Below are positions 50,594-59,667 of a DNA stretch of 64,000 nt, one piece after another. The notes beneath the pieces were generated by a model. The model saw nothing but the letters and a program-made list of their open reading frames with translations. It was not told the DNA's origin and made no database searches. Numbering within the stretch: position 1 is the stretch's first letter; the number at the start of each line of letters is the position of its first letter. Source of the stretch: Candidatus Melainabacteria bacterium 17Bon1m (GTDB lineage Bacteria; Cyanobacteriota; Vampirovibrionia; Obscuribacterales; Obscuribacteraceae); the NCBI GenBank assembly GCA_032128875.1, contig JAVLKG010000007.1, forward strand, positions 96,001 through 160,000, given 5' to 3'. A program made the translations under genes and the position numbers.

Positions 50594-51865
50594 CTATTTC
50601 TTCTTCTTTTTTACTTTGCGCTTTCCTGTTGACAAACTTATCGTTTCACCGGTGTCGCTTTCCACCGTAATTTGCTTGACTCCATCTTCTGTTTTCTTTT
50701 TGCTCGAACCCTTCTCGGATTCTTTACTGGAGCCATTCTTTCCGCTATCACTTACGTCTTTTTTTTTGCCCTTTGGCGCATCATCGTCCGGCGATTGCGG
50801 AGGCACGTAATCATCATCGCCTTGCGTCACATCGACAAATTCTGGCACGGGCGACTTCATGACCAGCCATGTTTGCAACGTCTGAATGACGTTCGACACA
50901 ACCATATAAACATACACTCCCGAAGGCAATGGTATGAAGAAAAACATTGCCGAAAGTGCAATTGGCATCGTTTTTGCCGTCTGCTGCTGGATTATTTGCT
51001 GCTCGTCCATCTCTTGATTTGGATCTGGCGGCTTCATTGTCAGCTTGGAAGACAAGTACATCGTTGCGCCGAAAAGAATGATCATGACGACCAGATCAAA
51101 GTTTTCCGGTTTCAACAAATCCATACCTGACGCAACTTTTCCAAGACCATTTATCGGTCCAAAATTCTCATGCTTGGCGATGCCAGGAACCATTGCCTGA
51201 ACGTGATATTCACCAGGCTTGTTAAAGGTGGCGTGACCGTTGTCATCGATAGTTGCTGGTGCTTCTTCGCCTTCTTTCTTTTGCACATTGGCGAGTTTCC
51301 ATTGCACCTTGAAATCGGCCGGCAGCTGCCCTTCAACAGAGCGTGTATTGAAGTCGACACTCTCGCCTTCAACTACAACCGAATCACCCGGGAAAACTAC
51401 TACCTTGGCGATCTTGCCATCGGTTGCGACATACGGACAGTTGTTGCCACTAACCTCGACCTTCTTAACTTCGGCAGACTTAGCCTTTTCAACGACGTTG
51501 ACCTTGACGTCAACAGCTTTGTCACCAAAAGGTGGACCGGAGAAGGTTGCAAACAGTGCAAATAACACGGGAAGTTGAACAAGAGTTGGCAAGCAGCCGC
51601 CCAGCGGATTCATCTTATTCTTGGAGTAGAACTCCATCATCTTCTTTTGGAATTTCTCAGGATCAGACTTGTACTTGTCCTGGATCTTCTTCATCATCGG
51701 CTGCATCTGAGACATCTTCTGCATCGACTGAGTCGACTTGACGACCAGCGGCCAAACCAGCAGACGCACCAAAACTGTGAGCAAGATGATCGCCCAGCCG
51801 TAGCTGTTCGTCATCCTGTGGAAATACTCCAGGATCGGAATCATAAACTGATAGGTGATGTCCAA
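50594..51865 (-). CDS. yidC: Membrane protein insertase YidC
   Basis: SYGWAIILLT..VR, NPLGGCLP.LVQLP, PLPSGVYVYMV.SN; central soluble insertion of cyanobacterial type. Confidence 0.95.
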   Translation of the reverse strand: MDITYQFMIPILEYFHRMTNSYGWAIILLTVLVRLLVWPLVVKSTQSMQKMSQMQPMMKKIQDKYKSDPEKFQKKMMEFYSKNKMNPLGGCLPTLVQLPVLFALFATFSGPPFGDKAVDVKVNVVEKAKSAEVKKVEVSGNNCPYVATDGKIAKVVVFPGDSVVVEGESVDFNTRSVEGQLPADFKVQWKLANVQKKEGEEAPATIDDNGHATFNKPGEYHVQAMVPGIAKHENFGPINGLGKVASGMDLLKPENFDLVVMIILFGATMYLSSKLTMKPPDPNQEMDEQQIIQQQTAKTMPIALSAMFFFIPLPSGVYVYMVVSNVIQTLQTWLVMKSPVPEFVDVTQGDDDYVPPQSPDDDAPKGKKKDVSDSGKNGSSKESEKGSSKKKTEDGVKQITVESDTGETISLSTGKRKVKKKKK

Positions 51866-51923
51866 TTTGCTACCTCTGAATCAAGCTCTCTGGCTTGTTT
51901 TACACACGGTGCCCTTCCGGGCT

Positions 51924-51947
51924 GGTCGACGAATGGCGCCGACCTAC
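51924..51947. repeat. GTAG-type REP copy
   Basis: GGTCGACGAATGGCGCCGACCTAC, close to the hairpin at ~49964. Confidence 0.55.
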
Positions 51948-51964
51948 ACTACTTTGTCGAAATC

Positions 51965-52345
51965 TTACCTTTGGTTCCAGCTAAAACGGGATTTAGCCCT
52001 GTTTTCATAACGATTTGGCAGGTCCGGCGACGCGGCGTCTCGGCACCCTGGGAGCGCCGGCTGCCAGCCGGCTTCGGGCGGCATTAGTATCGTCCCTACA
52101 CTCATCCTTATGAACATCGGCTTAACCGTGTCCGGCACCTCATCAACCCCGCCGTCGTGAAATGGGTGACACTTGCAAATGCGCACCACACCTAGACGCA
52201 TGCCGGCCATCAATCCATGCTTTTCAATAGCTTGGCGAGTGTACTCAGAGCAAGAAGGGTAAAAACGGCACGCAGGCTGACGAAACCGCCTGGTCCATTG
52301 CCAGGCTTTCAAAAGTTTCAAAACTGCTGCTTTCGCTCTACTCAC
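51965..52345 (-). CDS. yidD: Membrane protein insertion efficiency factor YidD with an extended C-terminus
   Basis: [16 protein letters not shown]...[13 protein letters not shown]. Confidence 0.9.
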   Translation of the reverse strand: MSRAKAAVLKLLKAWQWTRRFRQPACRFYPSCSEYTRQAIEKHGLMAGMRLGVVRICKCHPFHDGGVDEVPDTVKPMFIRMSVGTILMPPEAGWQPALPGCRDAASPDLPNRYENRAKSRFSWNQR

Positions 52346-52916
52346 GCGGCTTGCCCCCTGGCTCTCCGCCTCTTATCACGCCGTATTTGTGTTCTGCTTT
52401 GCTCAGACATTCATCCACGGCTTTCAAAATCTCAGCCCAACTGGCTTCCAGCGCAGCGGCATGCAGCACGAAAACGAGCACATACCATTGCCCGAGCTTG
52501 TAAGTGGCTCTGCCGGCTAACTCTGGCTTTGACCTTGTTTCTGTTTTGATTTCTGATTTGGCTTCTGTACATATAGCTGTATTCTGGACCGTTTTCTCGC
52601 CAGCTGCTTGGGCTGTATCTGAGTGGCCTTCTCGCAAAGAACGTGTCAGGAGCCTATACGCTTCTCTGACACGTCGTTTTACTCGATTACGCGCTACTGC
52701 GCTTTTGAGCACCTTTTTTGCAGCTACGAAGCCAACAAAGGGCATTCTTACTGCATTGAACGTTTGTTTCGCTCCTGGTGCTTTCCTCTCGCTCTTGGCG
52801 CGAGGTACAACGTACAAGGTTACAAGGCGCGTGTTTACGTTCTTCCGTCCCGTGTAGGCTCTCTGGAAAACGCTGGATTTTCTCAGCCTTTCATTAGCGG
52901 GAAGCAAGAGCGACAA
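52338..52916 (-). CDS. rnpA: Ribonuclease P protein component, with insertions
   Basis: [29 protein letters not shown] motif; located between rpmH and yidD. Confidence 0.9.
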   Translation of the reverse strand: MSLLLPANERLRKSSVFQRAYTGRKNVNTRLVTLYVVPRAKSERKAPGAKQTFNAVRMPFVGFVAAKKVLKSAVARNRVKRRVREAYRLLTRSLREGHSDTAQAAGEKTVQNTAICTEAKSEIKTETRSKPELAGRATYKLGQWYVLVFVLHAAALEASWAEILKAVDECLSKAEHKYGVIRGGEPGGKPRE

Positions 52917-52922
52917 CCCATC

Positions 52923-53057
52923 CTAAACGGAGAGTCTGTAACGGCCTTTTGCCCGACGTGCCTTGATAACTTTCTGTCCGTTCTTGGTGGACATTCTCTT
53001 CAAAAAGCCGCTTCCTCTTTTAACTTTGATAAAAGATCCGCGCAATGTTCTCTTCAT
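52923..53057 (-). CDS. rpmH: 50S ribosomal protein L34 (44 aa; not in the ORF track)
   Basis: Translated by hand: [52 protein letters not shown]; conserved gene order. Confidence 0.95.
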   Translation of the reverse strand: MKRTLRGSFIKVKRGSGFLKRMSTKNGQKVIKARRAKGRYRLSV

Positions 53058-53466
53058 TGGTGTAACTCCTGGGGACCAACTACTTTCATGTTTTGGCGTG
53101 GCAAAACTTGAAAAAATTCTTGGCTAGCATACATAGCTAAAACGAATAGCTGTCTATGCTATCATCTCCCGCATATGTTTTTAGCTCTTCCCCACGCGGG
53201 ACAGAGTAAAAAAATTCACGAAATAGCCGAGATCGGTAAACCAAATCTCCGGCTATATTTTTTAGTCTGCCTATGCGGTGCATCAACCCTCTTCGCCAAG
53301 CACGTTGAAACCGAGACAGGCAGCTAATTTTCAGTGGTCGCCCCCGCTGGCATCTTTGCTTCGGCAGGCGCACAACTGAATTAGGGAATCCTCATCTGTT
53401 TTTTTCGAATTTGGCCGACTTTTGTAAAGACGGCAGCCTTACCAACTGAGTGCGCGGAGCAATTGC

Positions 53467-54981
53467 ATGATGACCAAAGAGCGGGATGATGTTCGCCTCA
53501 TGAAGTCTTCCGCTGAGATTTGGGCAGATGTGCTGGACATTCTTAAGCCGCAAGTAAAAGAAGCCCCCTTCAATATGTTCTTCACGCAAGCCGTGTGCAA
53601 ATCGGTTGACGCGAATGAAGCAACCGTTGCTCTTGTTAACGAGTTTGGCCGCAACGTGATGTTCAACCAATACCAAAAGCTGGTAGAGACAGCGTTTGAG
53701 CAAGCAACCCACGCAAAGATCAAAGTCACTTTTGTTATTGATGCAAGCATCGCATCGGGTCGCTACGAACCTTCCATCGCCAACATCACTGTAATTCCGC
53801 AAGGAGAAGCGCGAGAAGCGCTGGATTTATCCAATGCATTGATGAATGCGACTGGCGATAGTGTTTCTCTTTCTGGTGCATCTTCTGGGGGAAACTACCC
53901 GGGGCCGCCGCGCAATCAGGCTTTTTCGGTTCAGCCGATCAATCAATCTCTAGCCACAAAGGCAAATCTCAACGAGAAGTACACTTTTGAAACGTTCGTA
54001 GTCGGCTCAAACAACCGTTTTTGCCACTCTGCAGCACTCGCTGTTGCTCAAAAACCGGGTCAGGCTTACAACCCACTCTTTGTATATGGTGGAGTCGGAC
54101 TGGGCAAAACGCACCTTATGCAAGCCATAGGACACGAGATTTTGCGCAATTCGCCGAACACCAATGTCAAATACATTACTTGCGAACGTTTCACAAACGA
54201 GCTTATTAACTCAATCCGCGATGATCGCATGATCGATTTCAGAAAACGATACCGGCAAGTGGACGTACTTCTCATAGACGACATCCAATTCATCGCCGGC
54301 AAAGAATCCACCCAGGAAGAGTTTTTCCATACCTTCAACGCGCTTAGAGATGCCAATCGTCAGATTGTTCTCTCGTCCGACCGTGCGCCCAATGCAATTG
54401 CCACCCTCGAAGAACGGCTTAAGAGCCGCTTTGCCTGGGGTCTCATTACGGATGTTCAGGCGCCCGATTTAGAAACTCGCATGGCGATCCTGCGCAAGAA
54501 GTCCGAAATGGATAGGTTGTCTGTAAAAGACGAATTTATAGAATTGATCGCTTCTATGTATACGAATAATATTCGTGAGCTGGAAGGCGCACTAATACGG
54601 GTTCATGCCTATGCGAGTTTGACTGGAGAGGATCTCAACCCACGGGATCTAATTGCCTTGCTGAAGCCGGAAGGCGCTACAGCGCCCAAACCACAGATAA
54701 CTCTCGAGCTAATACTAAATACAGTAGCGGAGATGTATCACGTCGAACCTTCCGAACTCCGCTCCCAGAAGCGTTCTGCTGACCTCGCATTGCCAAGGCA
54801 TATAGCAATGTACCTCGCACATGAGTTGTGTCAAATGAGCTTTCCCCGCATCGGAACGGCATTTGGCAACCGCAAACACACATCTGCCATATATGCGATC
54901 AAGAAGATCCGCGAGGAGAGCGAATCCGACCGCGATCTTTCTGAGTCGATCCGCAAAATCCGTCACAAGTTGGGCGTTTGA
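53467..54981 (+). CDS. dnaA: Chromosomal replication initiator DnaA
   Basis: YTFETFVVG.NN, YNPLFVYGGVGLGKTHL, LIDDIQF, QEEFFHTFN, NIRELEGAL, domain IV; start may be 53500. Confidence 0.98.
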   Translation: MMTKERDDVRLMKSSAEIWADVLDILKPQVKEAPFNMFFTQAVCKSVDANEATVALVNEFGRNVMFNQYQKLVETAFEQATHAKIKVTFVIDASIASGRYEPSIANITVIPQGEAREALDLSNALMNATGDSVSLSGASSGGNYPGPPRNQAFSVQPINQSLATKANLNEKYTFETFVVGSNNRFCHSAALAVAQKPGQAYNPLFVYGGVGLGKTHLMQAIGHEILRNSPNTNVKYITCERFTNELINSIRDDRMIDFRKRYRQVDVLLIDDIQFIAGKESTQEEFFHTFNALRDANRQIVLSSDRAPNAIATLEERLKSRFAWGLITDVQAPDLETRMAILRKKSEMDRLSVKDEFIELIASMYTNNIRELEGALIRVHAYASLTGEDLNPRDLIALLKPEGATAPKPQITLELILNTVAEMYHVEPSELRSQKRSADLALPRHIAMYLAHELCQMSFPRIGTAFGNRKHTSAIYAIKKIREESESDRDLSESIRKIRHKLGV

Positions 54982-55532
54982 GAGCCTGTAGAAAACTTGT
55001 AGAAAATCTGTCGATTTCTTGTAGGCGAACTGTGTAATACGCTACACGACGGGTTTTTGATCGATCGTGTTTTACACACCCCGCCTACAGGTTTTTGACA
55101 TGCGAGAAGTTTCGCCTGTTTGCGTTTCAAGCGTTATCTACAGAAAACGCCCGGCCCTACTACTTCTTATTTAGTAATTTTATAAAACCGGAAGTAACAG
55201 CCAATAGCAAAGGACCGTCAGAGAGCGGGATCCGGCTAGGTTTAGATCAATACGCACAAAAGATATGCAGAACGATCCGGCATCAGAACTGGCTTGAATT
55301 CTAGGTTTCAAACAAATCGATCAACGATCGATCCGATACGGAGATCGATGCAGATCTATATCGATCAGGATCGAGAACCGGTTTCACTCAAAAATCAAAG
55401 CGAATTCAGAAAACCGCAAACGCTAAAGAACTGGCACACAGCCTAGAAACTCTCCGAAAAACACTTGATCTAGGGCCTGTCAGGAAGTTACTCTTTACTT
55501 TCCTAACCACAAAGTCGTGCGAGGTTGTATAT
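54982..55532. other. oriC: Replication origin oriC (dnaA-dnaN intergenic region)
   Basis: DnaA-box-like 9-mers; TTATCTACA at 55134 followed by GGCC, CTACTACTTCTT DnaA-trios and an AT-rich tract, matching the basal unwinding system layout. Confidence 0.88.
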
Positions 55533-56753
55533 ATGCAGTTCGATGTCCAAAAGGACGTGCTCGTTAAAGCACTGCGAGATGTCACAAGCGCAGTGGCGAC
55601 ACGCGTTGTACAACCTATTCTCAGTAATGTTCTCATTGAGACAAGAGAGAACAGCACTTTGAGATTTCAGGGCACGGACCTCGATATCACTATCGAGACC
55701 AAAGTACCTGGCATGATCGAAGAGAAGGGTTCAGTAACTCTTCCAGGTAAAAAGCTTTTGGAAGTCGTGAGCAAACTGCCTAACAAGACAGTGCGTTTCA
55801 AAGTCAATCCAGAGACATTAGAAACAACAGTCACGTGCGAGCGCTCTAAATTCAATTTGACAGGCTTGCCCTCTGACGATTTCCCAAAACTTGTAGACAG
55901 CGCAAACGTAGACGGAGTCTTGATGCCGTCCGATGTTCTTCGCCGTTCAATCCAACAAACCAGCTTCGCTGCCGCTAACTACGATGCGTCCAGCGTACTG
56001 GGCGGCGTCTACCTCGTCATCAACGAAGGCATTTTTGAATGCACCGCCACTGATGGCAGCAGACTTGCACACAGAAAAGAAGAATTGAGCGTCAGTGCTC
56101 GCTCTTCGCGTCGTGTAGAAGGCGACAAGGAGACCGAAGAAGGTCAAAAATCCGCAACTGCGACTCTCGACAAACCCATGTATTTGAAAGCCATCGTGCC
56201 GGCACGCGCCTGCACTGAATTGGTGAAATTGCTCGATGCACAAGAAGGCGAGAAGGGTGCCAAAGACGGCTCCGGCTCAATGAAAGAAGTTCGAATCGCA
56301 ATGGTGAGCGGACAAATCGTATTCGAAACCGAAACACACTATCTCTCTTCTCGTTTGATCGGTGGTGAATATCCGCGCTACCAAGAGCTTTTCCCAACCG
56401 AGTACAAGTACCTCGGTGAGCTGAAAGCGGATGATTTCGTCTCTTCTATCGAGCGTGTTGCAGTTATGTCCGACGATCGCACTCACCTGGTGAAGTTGCA
56501 CTTCGAGGGCGACACTCTCCAAATCTCTGCTAACACCCCTGATGTTGGTCAAGCACAGGACGAAACACAAGTCCAATTCGAAGGACAAGTGCTCGATATC
56601 GCAGTCAACGTCCGCTATTTGATCGACGTGTTGCAGCGTCTTGCAGGTGCTCCAATCCGCATGGAAATGACTGGTCCGTTAAAACCAATCATCATCAAAA
56701 CCGGCGCTGACGACAAATACCGCTACTTGCTGATGCCGGTTCAAGCCCGCTAG
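55533..56753 (+). CDS. dnaN: DNA polymerase III beta sliding clamp
   Basis: PILSNVL, GTDLD, ATDGSRL, SRLIGGEYP.Y, YLLMPVQ; GAGGT RBS. Confidence 0.97.
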   Translation: MQFDVQKDVLVKALRDVTSAVATRVVQPILSNVLIETRENSTLRFQGTDLDITIETKVPGMIEEKGSVTLPGKKLLEVVSKLPNKTVRFKVNPETLETTVTCERSKFNLTGLPSDDFPKLVDSANVDGVLMPSDVLRRSIQQTSFAAANYDASSVLGGVYLVINEGIFECTATDGSRLAHRKEELSVSARSSRRVEGDKETEEGQKSATATLDKPMYLKAIVPARACTELVKLLDAQEGEKGAKDGSGSMKEVRIAMVSGQIVFETETHYLSSRLIGGEYPRYQELFPTEYKYLGELKADDFVSSIERVAVMSDDRTHLVKLHFEGDTLQISANTPDVGQAQDETQVQFEGQVLDIAVNVRYLIDVLQRLAGAPIRMEMTGPLKPIIIKTGADDKYRYLLMPVQAR

Positions 56754-56862
56754 TAACATTTCTACTCTTGCGATTTTTTGTGCGCCTTCGCCCGTTTCTG
56801 TTCGTTTGTAACATGAGCGTTGCGGGTATAGGATGTAGGGGTGCACGTGGAGAGGTGTAGCA

Positions 56863-57060
56863 ATGATATGTCCAAAGTGCGATGAGACCATGACCGTTTC
56901 GCGTGAGTCATACACCACACGTAATTCGAATCCGCCAAATCGCGGAAGACATTTGTATTATGATCACCACCAATATCACTGTGAAAATTGTGATGTTTGG
57001 CTCTCTTTGGAAATTCCACAAGTTGGCAGTGAAACAGAAGTGTCCGCCAGAATTGCTTGA
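56863..57060 (+). CDS. Small zinc-ribbon protein
   Basis: CPKC...CENC; GGAGAGGT RBS. Confidence 0.65.
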   Translation: MICPKCDETMTVSRESYTTRNSNPPNRGRHLYYDHHQYHCENCDVWLSLEIPQVGSETEVSARIA

Positions 57061-57100
57061 TTGGTACAACTACAACAAAACGCGAAAGCCCAATCCGCAT

Positions 57101-58393
57101 TTATTTTTTTCTGAGTTCTTTTCTGCTTTTGTTTGAGATGGTGTCGATGTCTTTCAAAACGTCCATTTCTTCTTGGTAGAGACGCGTGGTTGACTTGAAG
57201 AGAGGATTCGCAGAGCGCACGAAAGCGGCTTCTTGCGCTCGGAATTGATCTGCTTCTTTGTTCTTTTTCTGATTACGCATAGAGCGTTCTATTTCGTTAG
57301 ACATCTCGATAAACTTATGCGTGCCGTCGCGCTTTAGCTCAATCTTTGCCATCTCATACGCTCTGCGAAAGTTTTTCTCGGCTTCTGCGTACTTTCCTCT
57401 CCCTTCGCAGAGATAGCCGAAATTGCGAATGGCGAGCAGCTCTTTGTATTTGCTTTTAGTCTTAATTGCATCAGCGAGCTGCTTGCGACACCACACTTCC
57501 GCGCCGTCGTAATCTGCATACATGCAGCAAAAGCTGAAGCGGTATCTTTCGATTTCCCCGGACATTCCAGCTTCATCGAAATTCCTTTTAAGTTCGGCGA
57601 AAATCTTCGTTGCATCAGCCTTTCGTCCAAGTTTTTCGTAAACACAGCCGAGATAAATCAACCAGCGAGCGCTGTGAACCCACGCTTTGCCCGTGAGTCC
57701 TTTCATGTCGCTGCGAATTTTTTCCAGTTGAACTCTCGCTGCATTCCAATCCTTCTGTGTGATGCAAACTGATGCGTATTGGCTTCTCACCTCGATCAGC
57801 TTGGGGTGTTTTTCACCGAATACTTTTGTTTGAATGTCGATGGTGTGCTGCAAAGCATAGAGGGCCTTAAGCTGCGCCGCGCGACCATACGGCAGCTCGC
57901 CTCTGGTGACGCCACTGTATTCAGCATAAGTGTTGGCGAGGTCTTCCATGGCGAGCGCTGCTACTTCATCGAGCGCGTTCTTCTTATTGAGGTCGCCGGC
58001 AAGTTTCATGACTTCTTGAAAGTAAGGTTCTGCTTTTTTCGCATCGCCCTGGTCGATGATGGCGCAAATGAGCTTTGCCAAAACCTCAACGCACTTAGAT
58101 GGATTGTCTCCGTAGGCCTTCGCCTTCTCCAGCGTCTTCAAATAGATCTTCTGGGCAAGAACATAGTCCCGGCGTTTGTACGCGCTGTAGCCCCTGTCGA
58201 AGTCCTCTTGCCACTTTGCCCAGCGTTCGTCAGGTGCCCAACGACCCATAATGTCGTGCGGGTCAGCAAGAACCATTGCGCCAGGTGCGTGGAAAACTTT
58301 CAAGGTTGCTTCAACAAAAACAGCCAGCAGAAGCGAAAATGCAATAACACCACTCACTCGATCTAGCTTTCTGGATAAGCTATGTGCCTTCAT
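57101..58393 (-). CDS. Membrane-anchored TPR protein
   Basis: N-terminal TM; kinesin-light-chain-like TPR (VFGEKHP, YAEAEKNFRRA). Confidence 0.8.
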   Translation of the reverse strand: MKAHSLSRKLDRVSGVIAFSLLLAVFVEATLKVFHAPGAMVLADPHDIMGRWAPDERWAKWQEDFDRGYSAYKRRDYVLAQKIYLKTLEKAKAYGDNPSKCVEVLAKLICAIIDQGDAKKAEPYFQEVMKLAGDLNKKNALDEVAALAMEDLANTYAEYSGVTRGELPYGRAAQLKALYALQHTIDIQTKVFGEKHPKLIEVRSQYASVCITQKDWNAARVQLEKIRSDMKGLTGKAWVHSARWLIYLGCVYEKLGRKADATKIFAELKRNFDEAGMSGEIERYRFSFCCMYADYDGAEVWCRKQLADAIKTKSKYKELLAIRNFGYLCEGRGKYAEAEKNFRRAYEMAKIELKRDGTHKFIEMSNEIERSMRNQKKNKEADQFRAQEAAFVRSANPLFKSTTRLYQEEMDVLKDIDTISNKSRKELRKK

Positions 58394-58479
58394 GTGAGCG
58401 GCTTTATGTGTTCGGTACGGTAATACTGAGACGCCGATTTGATCTATTGATCTGTCCGGTATTAACCGTTTGAAAAATA

Positions 58480-58553
58480 CGGGACCGACGGGACTCGAAC
58501 CCGCGACCTCCTACGTGACAGGCAGGCGCTCTAACCAACTGAGCTACGATCCC
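58480..58553 (-). tRNA. tRNA-Asp (GTC)
   Basis: GGGATCGTAGCTCAGTTGGTTAGAGCGCCTGCCTGTCACGTAGGAGGTCGCGGGTTCGAGTCCCGTCGGTCCCG folds into a cloverleaf; CCA is not encoded. Confidence 0.97.
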
Positions 58554-58908
58554 ATGTTCGTCAGTCTAAACCCGACGGACATTTCGGTGCGATTGGGATG
58601 GCTAATGAGGAATCACTTGCCAGCCTACACACCGGAATCTGAGTATAGCACACGCATATAGGCGCGTTCTGGCTGGCGGGCGTTTACGGCCGTCTGTTTA
58701 CATTTGCTGTTTGTCATTTGCAGTTCGGCACTTGTTTAACCGTTCTCTTTGAATCGGGCCGAGCGTAATTCTTGAAAGCTTCCTTTCGTTAGCCTGTCAT
58801 CGTTTCGGAGTTTTTTAATGAGGAAATCGTAGTCTCCCCAGTGTCTAAGATGAGAGCCGTCTCTAATATGGGTTTTACATTCCCTCCGGAATCCCCATAG
58901 GAGTTCTC

Positions 58909-59667
58909 ATGACTGGTGCAAACCAGACAGGCGAAGCATTCAGCAACTCACTATCTAGTCAGATGGTGGCAGAGGCAGGTGCTGATAATGTTGCCAAAAT
59001 ATCGGCAGAAAAAGCTGATGCGTCGAATTCGCTATGGCAAGCAGCATACGAAAACCCGGGCACCACAGCTCTGGTGGTGGGCGGAACAGCATTGGCAGTC
59101 GGCGCTGCAATCGCAAGCCGGGGCAAGTTGGCAAAACTCTTACCTACTGCAAAAAACGACGTGTTGCTAGTTGAAGATAGCGCGATGTTCGGCAATGCAT
59201 TTAAAGAAACGCTCGAGTCTCAAGGCAATCGAGTTACGTGGGTAACTGGTGCTGAGGACTTGAAAGCGCTTAAGGCGGGTATTGCGACTGGACCAAGTGG
59301 TCAGCCGGTGCCTGTACATTTGGAACGTTATCGTGCGGCATTCGTTGATGGAGATCTTGCTGGAAAGGTCACAGGAGCTCAAGTTGTTGAGCGCCTTACT
59401 GCGCAGCATGTTGCCAGCGTTGGTATCAGTTCGCAGCCTACTATGAACGCCGCGATGTTGAAGGAAGGTGCAATTGCTGCTGATCTGAAGCCTTCAGTAT
59501 TTGGCGCATTGGTAAACAAAGAAATCAGCGTGAGTGGAATTTTGAAAGACCCCACCGCGGTCCAAGGAAAGCTTGATTCATTCAGAACCCGTTTCATGGC
59601 TGACAGCACAGTCGGAGCCAAAGCTTCTGAAATTTTGAAAAAGGCAATGGAAAGATTTGGCGTCTAA
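58909..59667 (+). CDS. Receiver-like domain protein with an N-terminal hydrophobic segment
   Basis: VLLVEDS, FVDGDL, TGAQVV, VGISS; AGGAG RBS. Confidence 0.7.
   Translation: MTGANQTGEAFSNSLSSQMVAEAGADNVAKISAEKADASNSLWQAAYENPGTTALVVGGTALAVGAAIASRGKLAKLLPTAKNDVLLVEDSAMFGNAFKETLESQGNRVTWVTGAEDLKALKAGIATGPSGQPVPVHLERYRAAFVDGDLAGKVTGAQVVERLTAQHVASVGISSQPTMNAAMLKEGAIAADLKPSVFGALVNKEISVSGILKDPTAVQGKLDSFRTRFMADSTVGAKASEILKKAMERFGV

Noticed and set aside
50594-51865. Soluble insertion in the middle of YidC and lack of Jag_N in Jag
   Set aside because: Both resemble the ordinary cyanobacterial-type forms, so they are not novel
57101-58553. tRNA-Asp as an island integration site
   Set aside because: No integrase and no duplicated tRNA 3' end were seen
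58470-58661. 63-aa ORF MKNTGPTGLEPATS
   Set aside because: It is the antisense reading of the tRNA-Asp gene
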